A stretch of DNA of 64,000 nucleotides from Nitrospirales bacterium. GTDB lineage: Bacteria; Nitrospirota; Nitrospiria; Nitrospirales; UBA8639. Positions 25,750 through 40,129 of this stretch are shown in pieces. Under the pieces are notes generated by a model. It was not told the origin of the DNA, ran no database searches, and saw nothing but the letters and a program-made list of their open reading frames with translations. The stretch spans positions 608,001 through 672,000 of the forward strand of contig CBDBCZ010000015.1 in assembly GCA_965203295.1 (NCBI GenBank). Direction: 5' to 3'. Position numbers and translations under genes: made by a program. Each line of letters starts with the position of its first letter. Position 1 is the first letter of the stretch.

Positions 25750-26250
25750 TGTTGACTGTCAATGAATTAGTCAGCCCAAAAGGATAATTTGGACGAATAA
25801 TTATGTGGTATACCCATTTTACGCATGCTATATCCAAACCATTTTATATAGATCTAGGCCAGGGGGTGCACACGGTTGTAGTGTGATGTCTATATCCATT
25901 AGAGAAAAGGTTGAGAAAGCTGGGTTTGGCATAACTATAATATTTTAAAGGTAATGTTTGCTGATGATTTTGTCGGCTTAACTACTAATGCTGAGGACCT
26001 CAAACATTAATTAATGTAGTACGGGAGGTTTGTAAACTGAAAACACTTGGCTGTTCTTCTAAAATGCGAAGTGAAGCAGTAAGGGGGGATATGGGATTAG
26101 AATCTTTGAAAGGTAGGAGGGAGAGGTGCAAACTTAAGTGGTGCTGTAGAGTCAATGATTTGGATGATCAGAGATATCCTAGATTACTACTAGACACAGG
26201 ACTGTGAGTAGGAAGTGAAACTGTGTAGTGGTAGGCAGAGGAAGACCTAT
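25750..26250 (+). mobile_element. Decayed LINE RT fragment
   Basis: EKAGFGI..MFADDFVGLTTNAEDL..AVRGDMGLESLKGRRERCKLKW. Same family as 52260-53210. Confidence 0.75.
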
Positions 26251-29000
26251 AGGATTAATAAAGCATGATTTATTTTGTAACACCCACACGCACATTTATA
26301 CAGCACTGTAGCTCTATACATGTTTATCATGTCACTGTTACAGTACAATAAAGAAGGAGCTGTTCCTTTCACTCTATGTACGTGTGATGATTCCTCTATC
26401 TTTGGGAAGGTCGTAGAACACTGTACCTTAAGTACACTCTATCTTGAGACTTGAACTCAAAGCCACGCCAGGCCAGACTAAGTTTTCGCCAATGGATTTC
26501 CACTGAGAACGGATCAACAAAGGCTGCTACATACTTCTTCAAGCTTCCGGATTGAAAGATAAACTTGCTAGTAGGCTAGTTGAATACTCATGCTCTTAAT
26601 TAGAATTATGTCATAAGGCAGTGCAAATTGCCAAATTTAAACACAGGGATTACATCTTAATAACCTTTGTGTACCAAATCGCCAAATTTAAATTTTGCCA
26701 ATATCAATTTGTAGCCATTTTTTGGCATTTTGCCAAATTAATGCTCGCTAAATTTTCCCACTATACAGTATATAACTTGTCATAGCACTGGCAGTGCCTT
26801 TGAAATGCCCCACACAATGCCACAACTAGCTGTTTAACAGAATATCTCACACAATCATAAACAAAACTTAGAACTCTCTGCGAGGTAAATCTATGCTTGG
26901 AAGAATATACTATGCAAATTCTGTCTTAATTGACTTACTGCCTATAGCTTCTTCGAATGCAGTTAAGCCACATGTCATTTCTGTATTTTCCTACCAATGG
27001 AATGGAAGTAGCATAAAATGTAACTACTATTTCATCCTCAGTTGGGCACAGAGTTCATTTGTGGTGTTTCCGGTGGTGAGAGGAGGCGCACCAGCATTGG
27101 CATGGAGCTGATCATTGAGCCTCAGATACTATTTCTGGATGAGCCTACCAGCGGCCTGGATGCCAACACTGCTCTTTCTGTTATCAAGCTACTCAAGGAG
27201 TGAGTAGCACCCTATTGCTGCATAATTCTGTCCACTTTTCAAAACATTGCATTGGCAGACACAGATAACTACATACACTCTACAGTACTAAGTCTAATGA
27301 TTATTTGTTTCAGGAAAAAATTGCTGACTGACAAAATGTGCGTAAATGTTGTGAACTTACTTGGGATTGCAAGAGAGAACATGTTTGCTAGCCCAATACC
27401 CAGGCCTAGCTGCATTGCTAATTTTTTTAGTGGCTGTGAAAGAATGCATGAAGATGGTTCTAAACTAGGTTGAAATTGTAGGTGCTGTGCTGTATAATTA
27501 TTCTTTTCATTCGCAGGCACGTCTTCACACATGCCTTAATTTCTAATGCCCTATACACTGAGTAAATCAGAAAATTATATCATCATCTTGTCTATCCACC
27601 AACCCTGGTATTCCATCTTCAAGCTCTTTGACAGCCTCACTCTCTTATCACTGGGTGAAGTGGCCTACCATGGCCCTGCCCAAGATGCTCTGAGACACTT
27701 TGACAGGATTGGTAATTAAAGACAGTGCATGATGTGTTAATTAATTAATTGGCATATTATCAAGTGCTTCACAGTTTAAGACTAAATCAATGAATGCATA
27801 GTACAGCTATTAGCTAGGGCTAACACCCACACATACAACCGTAAATACCATTCCTGTTGTCCAATTGATTCGTTTATGGTAACTACAGCAGTGTGCTGCA
27901 CTGATTGATACAGAGTTGTCTTACAGGAATGGTCAATCTTCAAATGTGTGGTATGCACAATCATGCCTATATAATTAAACTCTAACAATTCCCCCTGGGA
28001 GTACATTAATTAATTAACATGCTTTCCTCACAGGTCCTGCATGGTTGTGATTGATGTTCAGGATGAAATTTCTCGATGGTAAATTTTCTGCACATTGTAC
28101 TCAATGAACCGAGAATCTACATACTAGTGGAGACTTGAAAGGCAGGCTGTGCTGTTAGAAACGTATACACATTCTACATAGTTTTTTGATCATCGTATAC
28201 GCAAAGTAAGCTCTTGCAAGAATTATATGCCACTTTTAGTATCGTCACAACATGCAGGACCTGTGATGAATGTACTCACATGAAAAGATGTTAGAGTGCA
28301 ATTATAGGCATGATTGTGCCTATCAAGCTTTGCTATGACTCTGTATGCTTTAGTAGTACTACCTATTTCCTATTATACTAAGTGTGTTTCTCTGCTAATT
28401 ACCTGCCCTCTGCTCACTCTTACTTTTTCGCCTTAGGATTGCAGTTACATACATATTTGCGAAAATTTCCAGCTAATTATACATTGAACTAACAAGACAT
28501 AGCTAAACAGCACTGTGTTTTACTATAATCTCACAGGTTTCCACTGTGAACAGCATGAGAACCCTGCAGACTTTTTCCTGGATGTTCTTACACTCTGCGA
28601 AGACTGGTCTGCTGCTGACCAGGTTTGCAGATACTGGTTTAGTACAGGTTGGTTGTAGTGGCCCATTACAAAAGGCAAATTTGTAACTGGTAAATGCACA
28701 ATCTCCTGAGAGTTCAAAGCAGAAAGCTGTGTGACAACAGACTCCTCAAATTTCAATTGATCACTTACACATATACTCACTCACTCATTCTCCTGGTACT
28801 GACCTTCAGTCCAAAGAGTTGTACATGCACTTGGTTGATATACAACTATGGATCAAATTCTTGATTGCGTGAAATTCGTTAAAGTGTCCTGGCACAAGCA
28901 GTATGCACTTTCTCTACCCCTGAGCAGCTCTCTTGTTTAATATAGGTAAATGAGGCGATTTTTATAGCCTCTGGGGGAAGTTTCAAACTATATTTAGAGG

Positions 29001-29104
29001 TAGCCTCGAACCCAGGCCTTCCCCACACTCGTAAAAAAAAAAGAAGTTAAAGCGGGGTTTATAACTTTTCTTGTGAGTGCTAGGAAAGCCTGAGTTTGAG
29101 GCTA
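29001..29104. mobile_element. TAGCCTC...GAGGCTA foldback MITE
   Basis: tagcctcgaacccaggc ... gcctgagtttgaggcta. No TSD recognisable. Confidence 0.65.
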
Positions 29105-29384
29105 AGCCACTGTCCCAGTAGGCTCTCTCTCATTTTGAAACCGCTTCTCTCTCGCTCTGCCCTACACTACTTCTGAAACTGAGTATCTGTCAATGTGCAA
29201 TGTGTAACATGTGTATTTCAAGAGTGTTCAACAATGGACTAATATGCCTAAACAGAATAATAAACATTAATGTGGCACAATGAATGGGGAAAAAAACCTC
29301 GAATTCAACTCACTACTCGTCGATAAGCCTTACTCAGAAGTGTTTACATAATCACTAATTAGCCCCCCTGGAGGTGATATTAGT

Positions 29385-29855
29385 GTATAGCACCATATTT
29401 TCAAGGGGACAATTCTTGCGGATTGGTCGTGTAAAAAAAAAATTGGCAGGCCACAGATTCTTTCATTGTAGTGCCCATGCTCATAGTAGTGGATAGAGCA
29501 TGCATGGTTGCAGCTATAACTTATATAATCTACTGTTTGTTTCCCTATCTCAGTTTTCTGTTCTGGTATGATCTTTTGTATACGAATCTCTTTTCGCCGG
29601 TTTGCTGCAGCTAAGGCATGCGCCTCGTGTCTCACCTTCCTGTTAGACATGATGAAAGCCAACCGTATTGCTTTTTTACAGTGGACCCCAATTAAGGATT
29701 AATTCAAGACTAAAGCCTGTACTTCGAAGCAACTGATACAAAACTGCGGGAATAATCCGATGTGCAAAACGTTTCTGAGGAAAAAGTTCACAGACCCTCA
29801 TTTTCGAGATGGTTCCGCGAAATTATGAGCCTCAGAAATTTGGCACTATACAGTA
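29385..29855. mobile_element. pogo-type MITE
   Basis: gtatagcaccatattttc ... gaaatttggcactatacagta inverted ends, like those at 37345-37385 and 47126/48910. Confidence 0.6.
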
Positions 29856-31237
29856 GTCCAGACTATCACGTGCATTAGCAACATTAACTTCTCACTACTG
29901 ACCGTGACACTATGTTACAGCATGGCTCAATGAACTCTATTCCTCATTCCATCACATCTAATTGTAAATGTTGAGATGTAGACTAAAACCGCATTTTTAA
30001 AAGAGAAAAGCAAAAGAATAAAAGTTGTAGGAGAACTGAAGCCATTGGTGAAACAAGCAGATATGTGCATATTATACTATCGTCATGTTTTGATTTGAAA
30101 ACTTGTTGTTTATTCTCAGCCAGTAGTGTTAATATATACGCCACTGCTGTATTTAGAGTAGGTATCTCCCTAATATTACTGGACGTATTATAGTGTTGTG
30201 TACCAAGTAATAATAGTTTTCTTTTCACTACAAAACTTACTGTTTCTTTTATGCAGCTGTTAATCGTTAGTGTGCGGTCAGTGGTGAACTTGTGGAGGGT
30301 CCCCATAGCCTCCATCTTCCAGGTAATGGGAAGGGAGCTCTTTGTGCTTTTATTCAGGGTAGGGTACGAGGCTATATAGGTAGCGGTATATGTATACATC
30401 TCCAACTTGAACTGCTGTCTTTTTTCAACCTGCACAGATCCTGGTGATGATCATATTTGCCATTCTGGTGGGTATCATCTACCTGCGCATTAATTCCCGA
30501 GAACTGACAGCTCTGAACGTGGAAAATGCATTTTATGACAGGTTTTTGTGTATTGTACATGTACTCATGTTGCCATGTTATTAGACGAATATGCAGAACG
30601 AAGGTTAGGCAGTGAAAGCTTATAGCAAACTTTTATATACATAAATAGTTAAGATGCCAGTTCTATATTTTATACCTAAAAAAGATTACCAAAGCGTGAT
30701 TGAAATGTTGCAAGTACAAGTTTACTGTAAGCCATCAGTATCCAAGATTCTTTCTGCACGTAATACGTGTATTGCTTAATGAAGGGCAGTAATTACTACG
30801 TAGCTATAGGTCATTTAGTCCCACATATTATTATAATCTCGGAATTTTTTACCAAGCCAGAGCCGCTTTGAGACTATGTACTAGCTTGCTTAGTAATCTT
30901 TAGTTGGTGAGATATCTGTTATACTCACTTTTTGCAGGATTGTAGCTTTTTTCTTCATTGTCATGAACCAAGTGTTTGCAAATGTCTGCTATTGACCTCT
31001 TCATACGGCAGAAAGCACAGTTTTTGTAAGTGTATTTCTGCACCCTTGTACAGTAAGTGTAAGAAACTGTAATTCTAGTGCCCCCTCAAGATGGGAAAAC
31101 CTAGTCAAGAGAGCAAGAGTACGAGTGAATTACTTCAATTGAAACAAATTTGTTCTGGCGATTGAAGCAGGAAAATGTTATTTCCAGTACATTTGCCTCG
31201 TTCAGCAGACTGTACAGTTACTTATCAGGCTATCAAA

Positions 31238-31615
31238 TAGTAAGCAATGTAAAAAGGCTTTTATCTTTCCTACTATCACAGACAGCACTCCTAGCAAATC
31301 TATTCAACCTGAAAGCCAGCTAGTAGCTACAACAGTACACCAATCTTAGACTAGCTCTTGCTTAGCCACAATGGCTGGCAGTATTACAAACTACAGACAG
31401 AGGTGGAGTAACTTACAGCGTTTTCCGATGCTGAGTGAGCACTCTTATTGCTCAATCAAAAAACCATTCCATGCTACAAACAAGTTAAACCACTGCTCCA
31501 GGCGGGCTGTATGGAAAATTCACTTGTGCTTAGAGTCCTCAGGTTTCACCCTCGTGCTCTAATTGAATATTGCACTTCCCATACAGCCCTTGGAGCTGTA
31601 TGTGGTTTAACTTAT
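31238..31615 (-). mobile_element. Partial reverse copy of hairpin element 4 in an ABCG intron
   Basis: Reverse-complement similarity to 4347-4755, including the hairpin at ~31483-31612 with core cctcaggtttcaccctcgtgc. Confidence 0.8.
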
Positions 31616-34600
31616 ATGTAGTATATTCCCCTCATATGCATACATATGTATAGGCATGAGAACGCCAATGCATTCTTTTTGGCCAAAGTCTTTTCGGACT
31701 TGATTCCGATGCGAATCATACCCCTGTGTGCATTCTAAGTGACAGTTTACCTTATGGTTGGTGAGTGCAAAAAAAAGATAGTTCAGATCTTAATTAATTC
31801 ATACCCTGCACAGAGACAGGAACAAGTATGCGTAGCTCACATACATGTAGCTGATACATTCCAAATGCCTTCAAAAGTTTATACAAACTCCTAAAATATG
31901 GTAACTCCACTAGCACTGAGTCAATAACCATTTCATCGGAGTTGGTCACTGCTTTGACAGCTGTCTCCCCAAAGACATATTCTACTTCCAGTTGGCCAAA
32001 GTCATTGATCTCAGAGAAAGAGTAATGACTCCTTGTAAGCGAATCCTTTTAATGATCAGGGAGGATCAACCCCAAGACCGTCATCAATGGTAACTATTCT
32101 CAATGCTTTGGCATTGACCACTTTTAACGACAACATTTTGCTCACATAGTGGACAAACACGAATGAAGGAAGTAGAGGGCAGAACAGTGGTAACATCAAG
32201 TCCTACCCAAGCTGTACCAGAGTGTAAATTCCAGCTATATAGGATTGCTCAGTTACTTTGGGGCTCATCTCTGAACACCCCTCAGTAGAAGGCTATTATA
32301 CTCAGAACCTGGGGGCTTGCCAAGAAAGCTCTATTGCAGGCAAACTACCCAGTACTCTAACAATAAATACGGCCCTCAAAATAGTTACCATTCTTGAACA
32401 GTAGTCACTTGCAAAAGAAGCCATGCTGAAATATCTGTGGCATTTAATCACTCCAAAAATCAGTTAGGTGGTGCAGGTGAAGTACAGTACTCAACCTTGT
32501 AAGAGTAAAGCTGCTGATTCAGCAGTTTCTACATAGGCCTGTACAGATGTAATATGTACATGTACATCATGTATATACTGAGTGTGCTACATTTTCATTG
32601 TACAGGTTTCCAACTGGATGTCTCAAAATTCTTCATTTTCATGTCACTGGGTCTTACTTCCATCTCAGCAGCCTCCATTGCATTTTCAATCAGTGCTAGA
32701 TTGACGGTCACTGCTGCAGCAAACCTAATAGCCCTTGTCTCTGTTTTATCTATGGTAAGTAATGTTTGTCCTATTTGTTAGTGTTCATTCAGCTTGGAGT
32801 TAAACCTGGAGAGCACGACCTAATCAGTGTATACATGTAATTGTGTCTTGCTGCTGTTGCACAGTATTAAAGTTGGAGCTAGGTAGTCCAAATATTGATT
32901 CAGTATCAAACAGAAGTGAACCAACAATGCTATCAAACCCTTAGTTGATTAACTAAGCGTTCTTCTCTATACATGTATACAATTATTGTAAATACTTTCC
33001 TAATTATTCCATGAAAAACAGAACATGTAGGTGGAAGCACGTTACGGTACTAATCGGTTATTGAATGCTGTATGTGTAATTGTGCCATGATACAGTGATC
33101 AACTAAGCGAGTTGCAACTAGCCGGTATCCTCTAGTTAACTACTTTTGTGTATACAAATTGAGAGGACGATCTTCCTGGGAATGTCTTCTTGTCATAGGA
33201 AGGAGTGGACTTTTAAGTAGTGGCAGCGATATGAGTTTCATGAAATCCATGCAGGAATGGTGAATGGTACATGTACTTTTGCTCAGCATGCTTTGCATCC
33301 TGTCAGACATCGATATTGTAAGTCTAGATCTAGGCACGAACCGTTGATCTACCTACCCTTTGGGGAAGACCCTGACTCCACCCCAACTATCACTGTATTA
33401 TCTCTTGTGACTTGTACTTTGTAGTGTACAATATTTCTTCTTTTTTCTTGGTATATAGTTATTTGGGGCATGGATTCCTGATTGCACTCGATTCACTTCC
33501 AGTGTGGTTGAGGTGGTTAAAGTATTCTAGCATCTTTCACTATGGCATTGAGGTTAATACCTCCAAAACATTCCACTATGCAGTCAAATGTTATTGCTCC
33601 CACTAATACTAACTACTGGAATACCTTTCTATCAATGTAGGCTTTGGCCATCAATGAAATGGCAAGATTCTACTGCTATAAGACTTCAAATACAACACGG
33701 TTCCTGTGTGGAAGTCTGCCTGGCAATATAAGTTGCAGGTAAGAATGGGTATTGATTGTCACAATATTGCTTTACTGCTTCCCTATACATTATAGATTTT
33801 AGTTACATGTGCATGATGAGATCAGAGTGCTTATTGCAAGTGCATAGCGTTTACTTAGTAAGAATGCCAAATGGTGGTGTTTGTGGTATAGTTTTGTCGT
33901 GAGATAATCGTTTTATTATGCATCCTCAGCTATAACAATCCAAGCCGTCTGCCCATCTGCATATTACTCTCGAGTGGTGCTATATACTGCTGTTTACCAC
34001 GTGACTTGTAGTCCTATCATGGCTTTTATCATGTGACACACAATATTGAATACTGTTACAAATCTTGTGACTTGTAATAAACGTATCAACCACAATTTAC
34101 CTAGAAGACTTCCCGCTGACTTTGTTACACTCAATGTGAGATAGATGAGGCTATACAATGGTAACTGCTGAGCTGTTTGAGGCCACTCCCCCATATTATG
34201 TGTATGACTTTGATAGCATTGGTGATTCCAACTGCTTGAATGGTACCCTGACCAAAGGATACAAAACAAGTGTATCATGGCTGTGGTATGACCAGGTTGC
34301 ACTGTTTGGAATGATAGCTAGTGTTCCTTCTGTTATTGACATACATCCTACTGAGGACCATCAAAAAGGAAAAATGTAAACTTTAATTGTTTCCTGAACA
34401 CTAGTAATAACAGTTGTGGTGGTAATGACATACCCTGTGAATTTTACCTTATTTGTATATGCATACAATAAAGTAAATATGGTGAACATTACTATATACT
34501 ATATAATTTTGCATACTGACAGGGCATTGTTTTCTGCTATATGACTTGTGTAAATATACTATAACTGCAAGCTGTACTGTACATGTACATCCTGCTATGT

Positions 34601-36984
34601 GGACTATATATACATGTAGCTATACACATTGGGGAAAATCAGTAGGTCAATAGGTATGCAATGCTCTCTTGTCCAAATTTGCACATGCATTTTATTTTAC
34701 ATATTGACTGAATTTGCCTTGTGGTACATGTAAAATAGCCATGTGGTAATTGGCTGTGTGAAGTAGCGCCCATAGATAGATAGATAGAAATTTTAATGCC
34801 ACACCACAACGACGGCAGCAGGCCAAACTTGGCCTATGAGACATACAGGAAGATTACAATACTAATCATGGGTAATGTTAATGGGTAATGTTATTCATCG
34901 CTAGCTTTTAAACCTAGTCCTAGTTCTTGTTGCAACAGGGCCGTCCGGGATGACAGGAGACCACTGGTAACTATGCTTTGTCTTTCCTTTTCTAAATGTC
35001 AAGACTGGAGTTCCACATTGTTCTGTGTATGTGATCTCCTTTGCAATACCCAGCCAGAACATTGCATCATGATCACTGGATCTCACAGGGTTACTTTTGG
35101 TGCCACCTCCTTTGATCAGAGATCTGAAGTTTCCACTTTCTTTCCTTTGACAACTGGTGTCCAGCCTTCATGGCTTTCAGCCACAAACTTCACACCCGGT
35201 ACACCACTCCTTTCATCATACACCACAGAGCTGCATGTGGACAGGTCAACAATGGGGTCAGTGTTAGGACAAGAATCAATCTCTTCCTGTTCTGGAGGGG
35301 TTGCTTGTGTAGCTGATGATCTAAAGAGAGGTACGGAGTTAAGGGCAGTTGCCCTAGCTCCATGCAGTTGACTACAGGGTGCGGCGGGTGGAGTTTCACA
35401 CATCGCATCACTGGCAGCTGGATTTCCAGTATCTCTCACTCTATCCAGAAAATCTGACTCTCCCTGCCTTTTGAGTGCCTTCTTTTGGTTGTAGGCCTCC
35501 ATTCGCAGTCGGCTATGCAGCCGTCTTCGGGTTGTTGCCGGAGCGAAAGTGCGGGCATTAAATGGAATACTGTCGCACTGCTCAGCATTTCTTCAGAAAA
35601 CACTCACACTCTAATCGTTTCTACATTTTTGTGGCTTCCAAACTGGTATTCCTAGCTTCTTCAGTTAAAGATTCGACAGCACGCTGGCAAGATCCTCCGG
35701 AATTCCAAGAGTTTTGAGAGCCATAATTCCCAACACTATGAATATGGCATGAAAACAACAATAGACACAAATAACTATGAAAATATGTAGTCACTTATGT
35801 GTCCCTTGTAGAAATGTTTGCAAAGGGAATCAAAATGGAATCGAGCTATTAAAAAAGTTTTTTAGAAATTCATCAAAGGATCAGGATTGACCCGAACAAG
35901 TGCATCAACCATTATGCACAGATATTACGGCAGCAGGGCTCCAGAACACCCGAAATTAAACAATCAGAAGCTCAGAAATAACAATCAAGCGATCAAGTTT
36001 TTATTCTAGATCCTGTTCATAAACATGTTTACAGGTGATATGTAGGTGACTACCTCTTCCTTGATGGCTAGGTACGTAGCTGTCTATTACTTTTCAGTGG
36101 AGGTCTCAATTGAAGCCAGCAGGGACTAAAAGAAAGGATACAATGCCACTAATACCACGCATCCAGAGAACTATTTTAGGGAGGAGGGAGGGACACCCTG
36201 TCCTATGACATCACCATCAAAAGCACCAGAGCTTTAGCAATACGTCAGTGGTATATTGATGGGAATGAGAGTTTGCACAATGTAATGTCAGGTGTATGTT
36301 AATGCTATGTAACTCATGAATTACATTGTGCAAACTCCTGTTCCCATCAACATACACCTAAAGGTCTGGTGGTGACATCATAGGACAAGAGATATGATGA
36401 CATTGCTTGAAGTTCTAAGTCTAGAACTCATTCTTCTATCAGATACGTCAATTCCAACTTAAATGGTTGGGAATGACAGCTAGGAGCACCTAAGATGGTA
36501 CGTGGCAATCGCTTTTAAACAAGTGATGGGATATAGGAACACATTGAAGAACTACACAGCTTTGTAATCAAAGGCAAATTTAATTTTACATCTGCAAGAG
36601 TCCACAGGTATCTGCAACACACAGTGACTGGTCCTGCAGGATAAATAGTAGATACAGGTAAGTGATCAAGGTGCAAGATTACACTGCTAATGGCCACTGA
36701 CAAGAGGTCTTATAAGCATCTATGGGTGTGTGATCAATGGCACTACGGAAGAAAATGAGTATAATTTGTCCAAATACATACATTTACCGGGTACTAACCT
36801 TGGCTAGCTTTTGCATCTCATACTTGAGCTGTTTCAGAATAGAGTGATCAGCATCCGTTCCACTACAGGATGACTTATCTCAGGTCTTATGACTCCAACT
36901 ACAGACAAAAGTATCACAGTACGTGTAGTGTTTCTTTAGAATTTAATCGTTGTATACATTACACTCCTTTTTTTCAAAGCGAAA

Positions 36985-37385
36985 TCAAGATGGCTATGCA
37001 CCACTATTTCAAAACTACCAATCCAAAGCTGCCTGATCCTCGGGGACTACTTTCAAACTGACAAAAGCGGTACCGTTGACCTCCATTTGTGTCTGCCAAC
37101 AGGAAGGTGAGGCGCGTCCTTCAACTACAGCAAACGCTAACAAGGGGTACATATGCTACATTCACTCCGGAACAGAAAGCGGAGATAGGGAAGCGTGCAA
37201 CAGAGCATCTTCGTATATCCATAGATGGGTATGTGCTAAACACAAAGTCCAGTCTAGGGGTGTGGTGAACAAAAAATGGGTGGGGCAAAGAATCATTCTT
37301 AGTCCACGAAATTTATTTCTGCGAAAATGTTCAGTATGACCAAACCACGAAAATTATGCGCTTGGAAATTTGGCGCTATACGGTA
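36985..37385 (+). mobile_element. Internally deleted pogo-type element in a Pasha intron
   Basis: MAMHHYFK..LPDPRGLLS..RGTYATFTPEQKAEIGKRATEH (N-terminal DNA-binding region), then the TIR gaaatttggcgctatacgg|ta. Confidence 0.75.
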
Positions 37386-38489
37386 TTAATACGCACCAAC
37401 CTCACACATAAGCCTGTTGCCAGATTGATATTCTACCCATATTTTCAATGCACAGATCTGAAATGTGGGTGGGAGGCTTGGGGATAAGGTTAGAACTTAA
37501 CCTTTCAGTTATCAATGATACAACAATTGTATTGTGTAACTCCAGCTACACAAATAATAATTATATTCACACATTGGCTGAGTGCCGGTCATCATAAATG
37601 TGCAGAAGTGCTCCCCAGTTCAAGATAAATGGGTGAAGTTCCTATAAATGAATAACCTTGCAGGTTATTAATGTGCTACACAATCAATCCATATATCTTA
37701 TTACATGCTTCTCTGCGCAATATGGAGTGCTAGGGTATATTTTTATGAGTCTGAAGAGCGAGTGAAAATACTCCCTGCAAGAGTGTAGTATGCTGTATGG
37801 TAAGGAAACAGATTTAAATTACAACTTCAACATCAACTACCCAATTTGTGACAGCCCACACTTTAGATATATGACATGCAGTACAAGATTAAAAAAGAAG
37901 CTGACTCGTGCGTCACGTACCGTGCAGTACAGTAGAATATTGCACGGTAGCTCTACAGGACAATACTGTTATGCACAACTAGAGTAAAAGTCATAAGGTA
38001 AGCATTTGTACATTCATTGTTACAGAGCGAAGTGGCAGCCTGGGTAAAAGTATACATGCTACCATAAACTAAATTAGAAACATACCTTAAGCAAGGCTTG
38101 TGCTGCCATTTGCTGCCCATCCTTCTTTTCCATACAAAGTCCCTTAACAGTGTGACGTCCCAGTGACAGACAGTACTCAAAAGAGTACTTACCATCGCAG
38201 TTACCATCCTTGGGGCTGAGAGTGAACTGTAGCTCCCCAGAATAAGCAAGAGCATCCTGATTCCTATGTATATATATATATATATATATATATGTACATA
38301 CATAATAGATAGTTGTTGGTTTGTAAGTGGTTTGTAAGTGCTTTCTGGTCAATCTAGATGCAAGGTTGATCAGATAAGTTGTACAGCTCATTATAGATGA
38401 TGAACTAACAGATGCACTGAAATGCCATATACATATAACAGTTTTGTAATTGTATCTGAAGACTTTTCATTGCATGATAATGCAGATAT

Positions 38490-38883
38490 CAAGGGGGGTC
38501 ACTTCCATAGACAACTGTGACTGCGGGTTAAAGTTTTGACGAGCTCTTCTCAGTGGTTTGACCGTTGACCACCTGTCTTTTGGCTGCTGAACTTTGACTG
38601 TTCTACAAATTTGACTGTCGATTGTACGAAGGACTTCCTGTAAAGCCTGCTGCTCGATCCAAGTCGACTGAAAGGCTCTGAGTGACAAGTGTAGATTGTG
38701 GTTCTTGTGTATGAGTTCATCCATTCTGCACTGCGACCTACCGTTATCATCGTTGACTGTATTTCTAAGCATGCTTTGACCATTAACAACACCCTTTTAA
38801 GCAGCTTTGACTGTTGACCATTGACTGACAGCTAGCGGTAACAGTTGTGACTACAGAGTCTATAAAAGTGACCCCGCCCCTTG
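38490..38883. mobile_element. Small TIR element
   Basis: caaggggggtcacttccatagac ... gtctataaaagtgaccccgccccttg, with internal ttgactg repeats. No clear TSD. Confidence 0.6.
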
Positions 38884-39730
38884 CATATGTCATAGATCTT
38901 TGAAATGGGAGAGGACGTATTCCACAGTACTTTGTACATAACCTGACAGAAACAGCCATGTAGACTAAATGGTTACCCAAGGCATATGTATATATTCACA
39001 TGGTAACCACAATGCTGTAACTGTTAGAGTGATAGCAAAGGTAGGTAAATATTAGATAATGAATGTTATACTTGGAGATTCACACTTGTCAATTTCCTGT
39101 CATCATTTGCCTGTTCCAACATTACTTGTAAACAAATGATAGTGTCCTTCCAAGGCCCTTTTTAAGGGGGGCTGTGAATTAGTGTAAGAAAATAATAAAA
39201 AGCTACTGCAAAGCGTATCAGTGGTCTTTCTTCTAACTATCATTATAGTATATTGTCCTATAATCACATCCATGAAGATGTATGTATATACCTACATAAA
39301 TATATAATACTCAAATACACTTCTACATACATGTATGTATGTGTACCTTTGATGGCACACCCCCCTTCAACACGCGCCATGGACTTGGCAGGCCTACTTG
39401 TTGTAGCGACTGGGCAGCTTGAGGATCATCAATTTCAAATGATGACAAATACTAAAGGAGATACGTGTATATGAAGAAAACTTGCATAAAAAAGCTACTA
39501 GCAATATTACCATGTGCAAAACACTTTAGCCAGGCATACTGAAACTGTTTGGAGACTTTTTCAAATGCTCCTGGTAGAAACAAATCCAGTGTCGGTTCAG
39601 CTGCAGATATAAAGGAGATAATAATAAGTGGACTGTACTCTCTCCTCATACACATGACTGCATCCTGCACTTTGCTTGGCTTTTTCTTGGTTGTAGACAT
39701 ACTTCATATTTTCAATTGCAATTGTACATA

Positions 39731-40129
39731 ACTCTCTCAGAAAACTTATCATCTCTTGAAGAGTTTGCAATGTGACTACTTAGTTTTCAGTTCTGTGTCT
39801 TTGGTGGTTTAATTACCCCGGCAGACTGATTCAGGCTAAGTTTGGGTGTAGCACGTTTATCGTGCCTAGGAGATGGGGGGAGAGGCCTAATGAGAGAGTA
39901 ATTACAGTTGGAATTGCCTGGGTCCTACTGGCAAGTGCTACTAGCAGGTTTAGTGGCTATATAAAGCTTGCCTACTGCTCCTCTGCCAAAGGACTCCAGT
40001 AGCTCAATTGGTAAGAGCATCTGACAAGTATTCAGAAGATCCTGGGTTCAATCCCCAGGTGGGTCCCGGTTTTTTTTTTCAGGATTTCTTTACTCTCAGA
40101 AAGCTTATCATCTCTTGAAGAGTTTGCAA
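39731..40129 (+). mobile_element. tRNA-Thr-containing element, longest copy, with terminal direct repeat
   Basis: The tail ctctcagaaa.cttatcatctcttgaagagtttgcaa occurs at both 39731-39771 and 40091-40129. Inserted in a Pasha exon. Confidence 0.88.

Larger units (their letters stand above)
27042..34380 (+). pseudogene. ABCG2: ABCG2/White-family ABC half-transporter, unprocessed pseudogene lacking 5' exons
   Basis: Exons at ~27042-27199 ([29 protein letters not shown]), 27558-27711 (SIHQPWYSIFKLFD), 28537-28622 (NPADFFLD), 30257-30322, 30438-30541, 30939-31026 (frameshift), 31654-31760 (deletion and TAA), 32606-32754, 33459-33553 (4-nt insertion), 33641-33738 and ~34150-34380. No Walker A exon was found upstream. 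Confidence 0.9.

Noticed and set aside
37745..37775. Hammerhead-like ctgaaga..gaaa (also at 50081)
   Set aside because: Stems cannot be completed; the first fits a degenerate hairpin-element core better.
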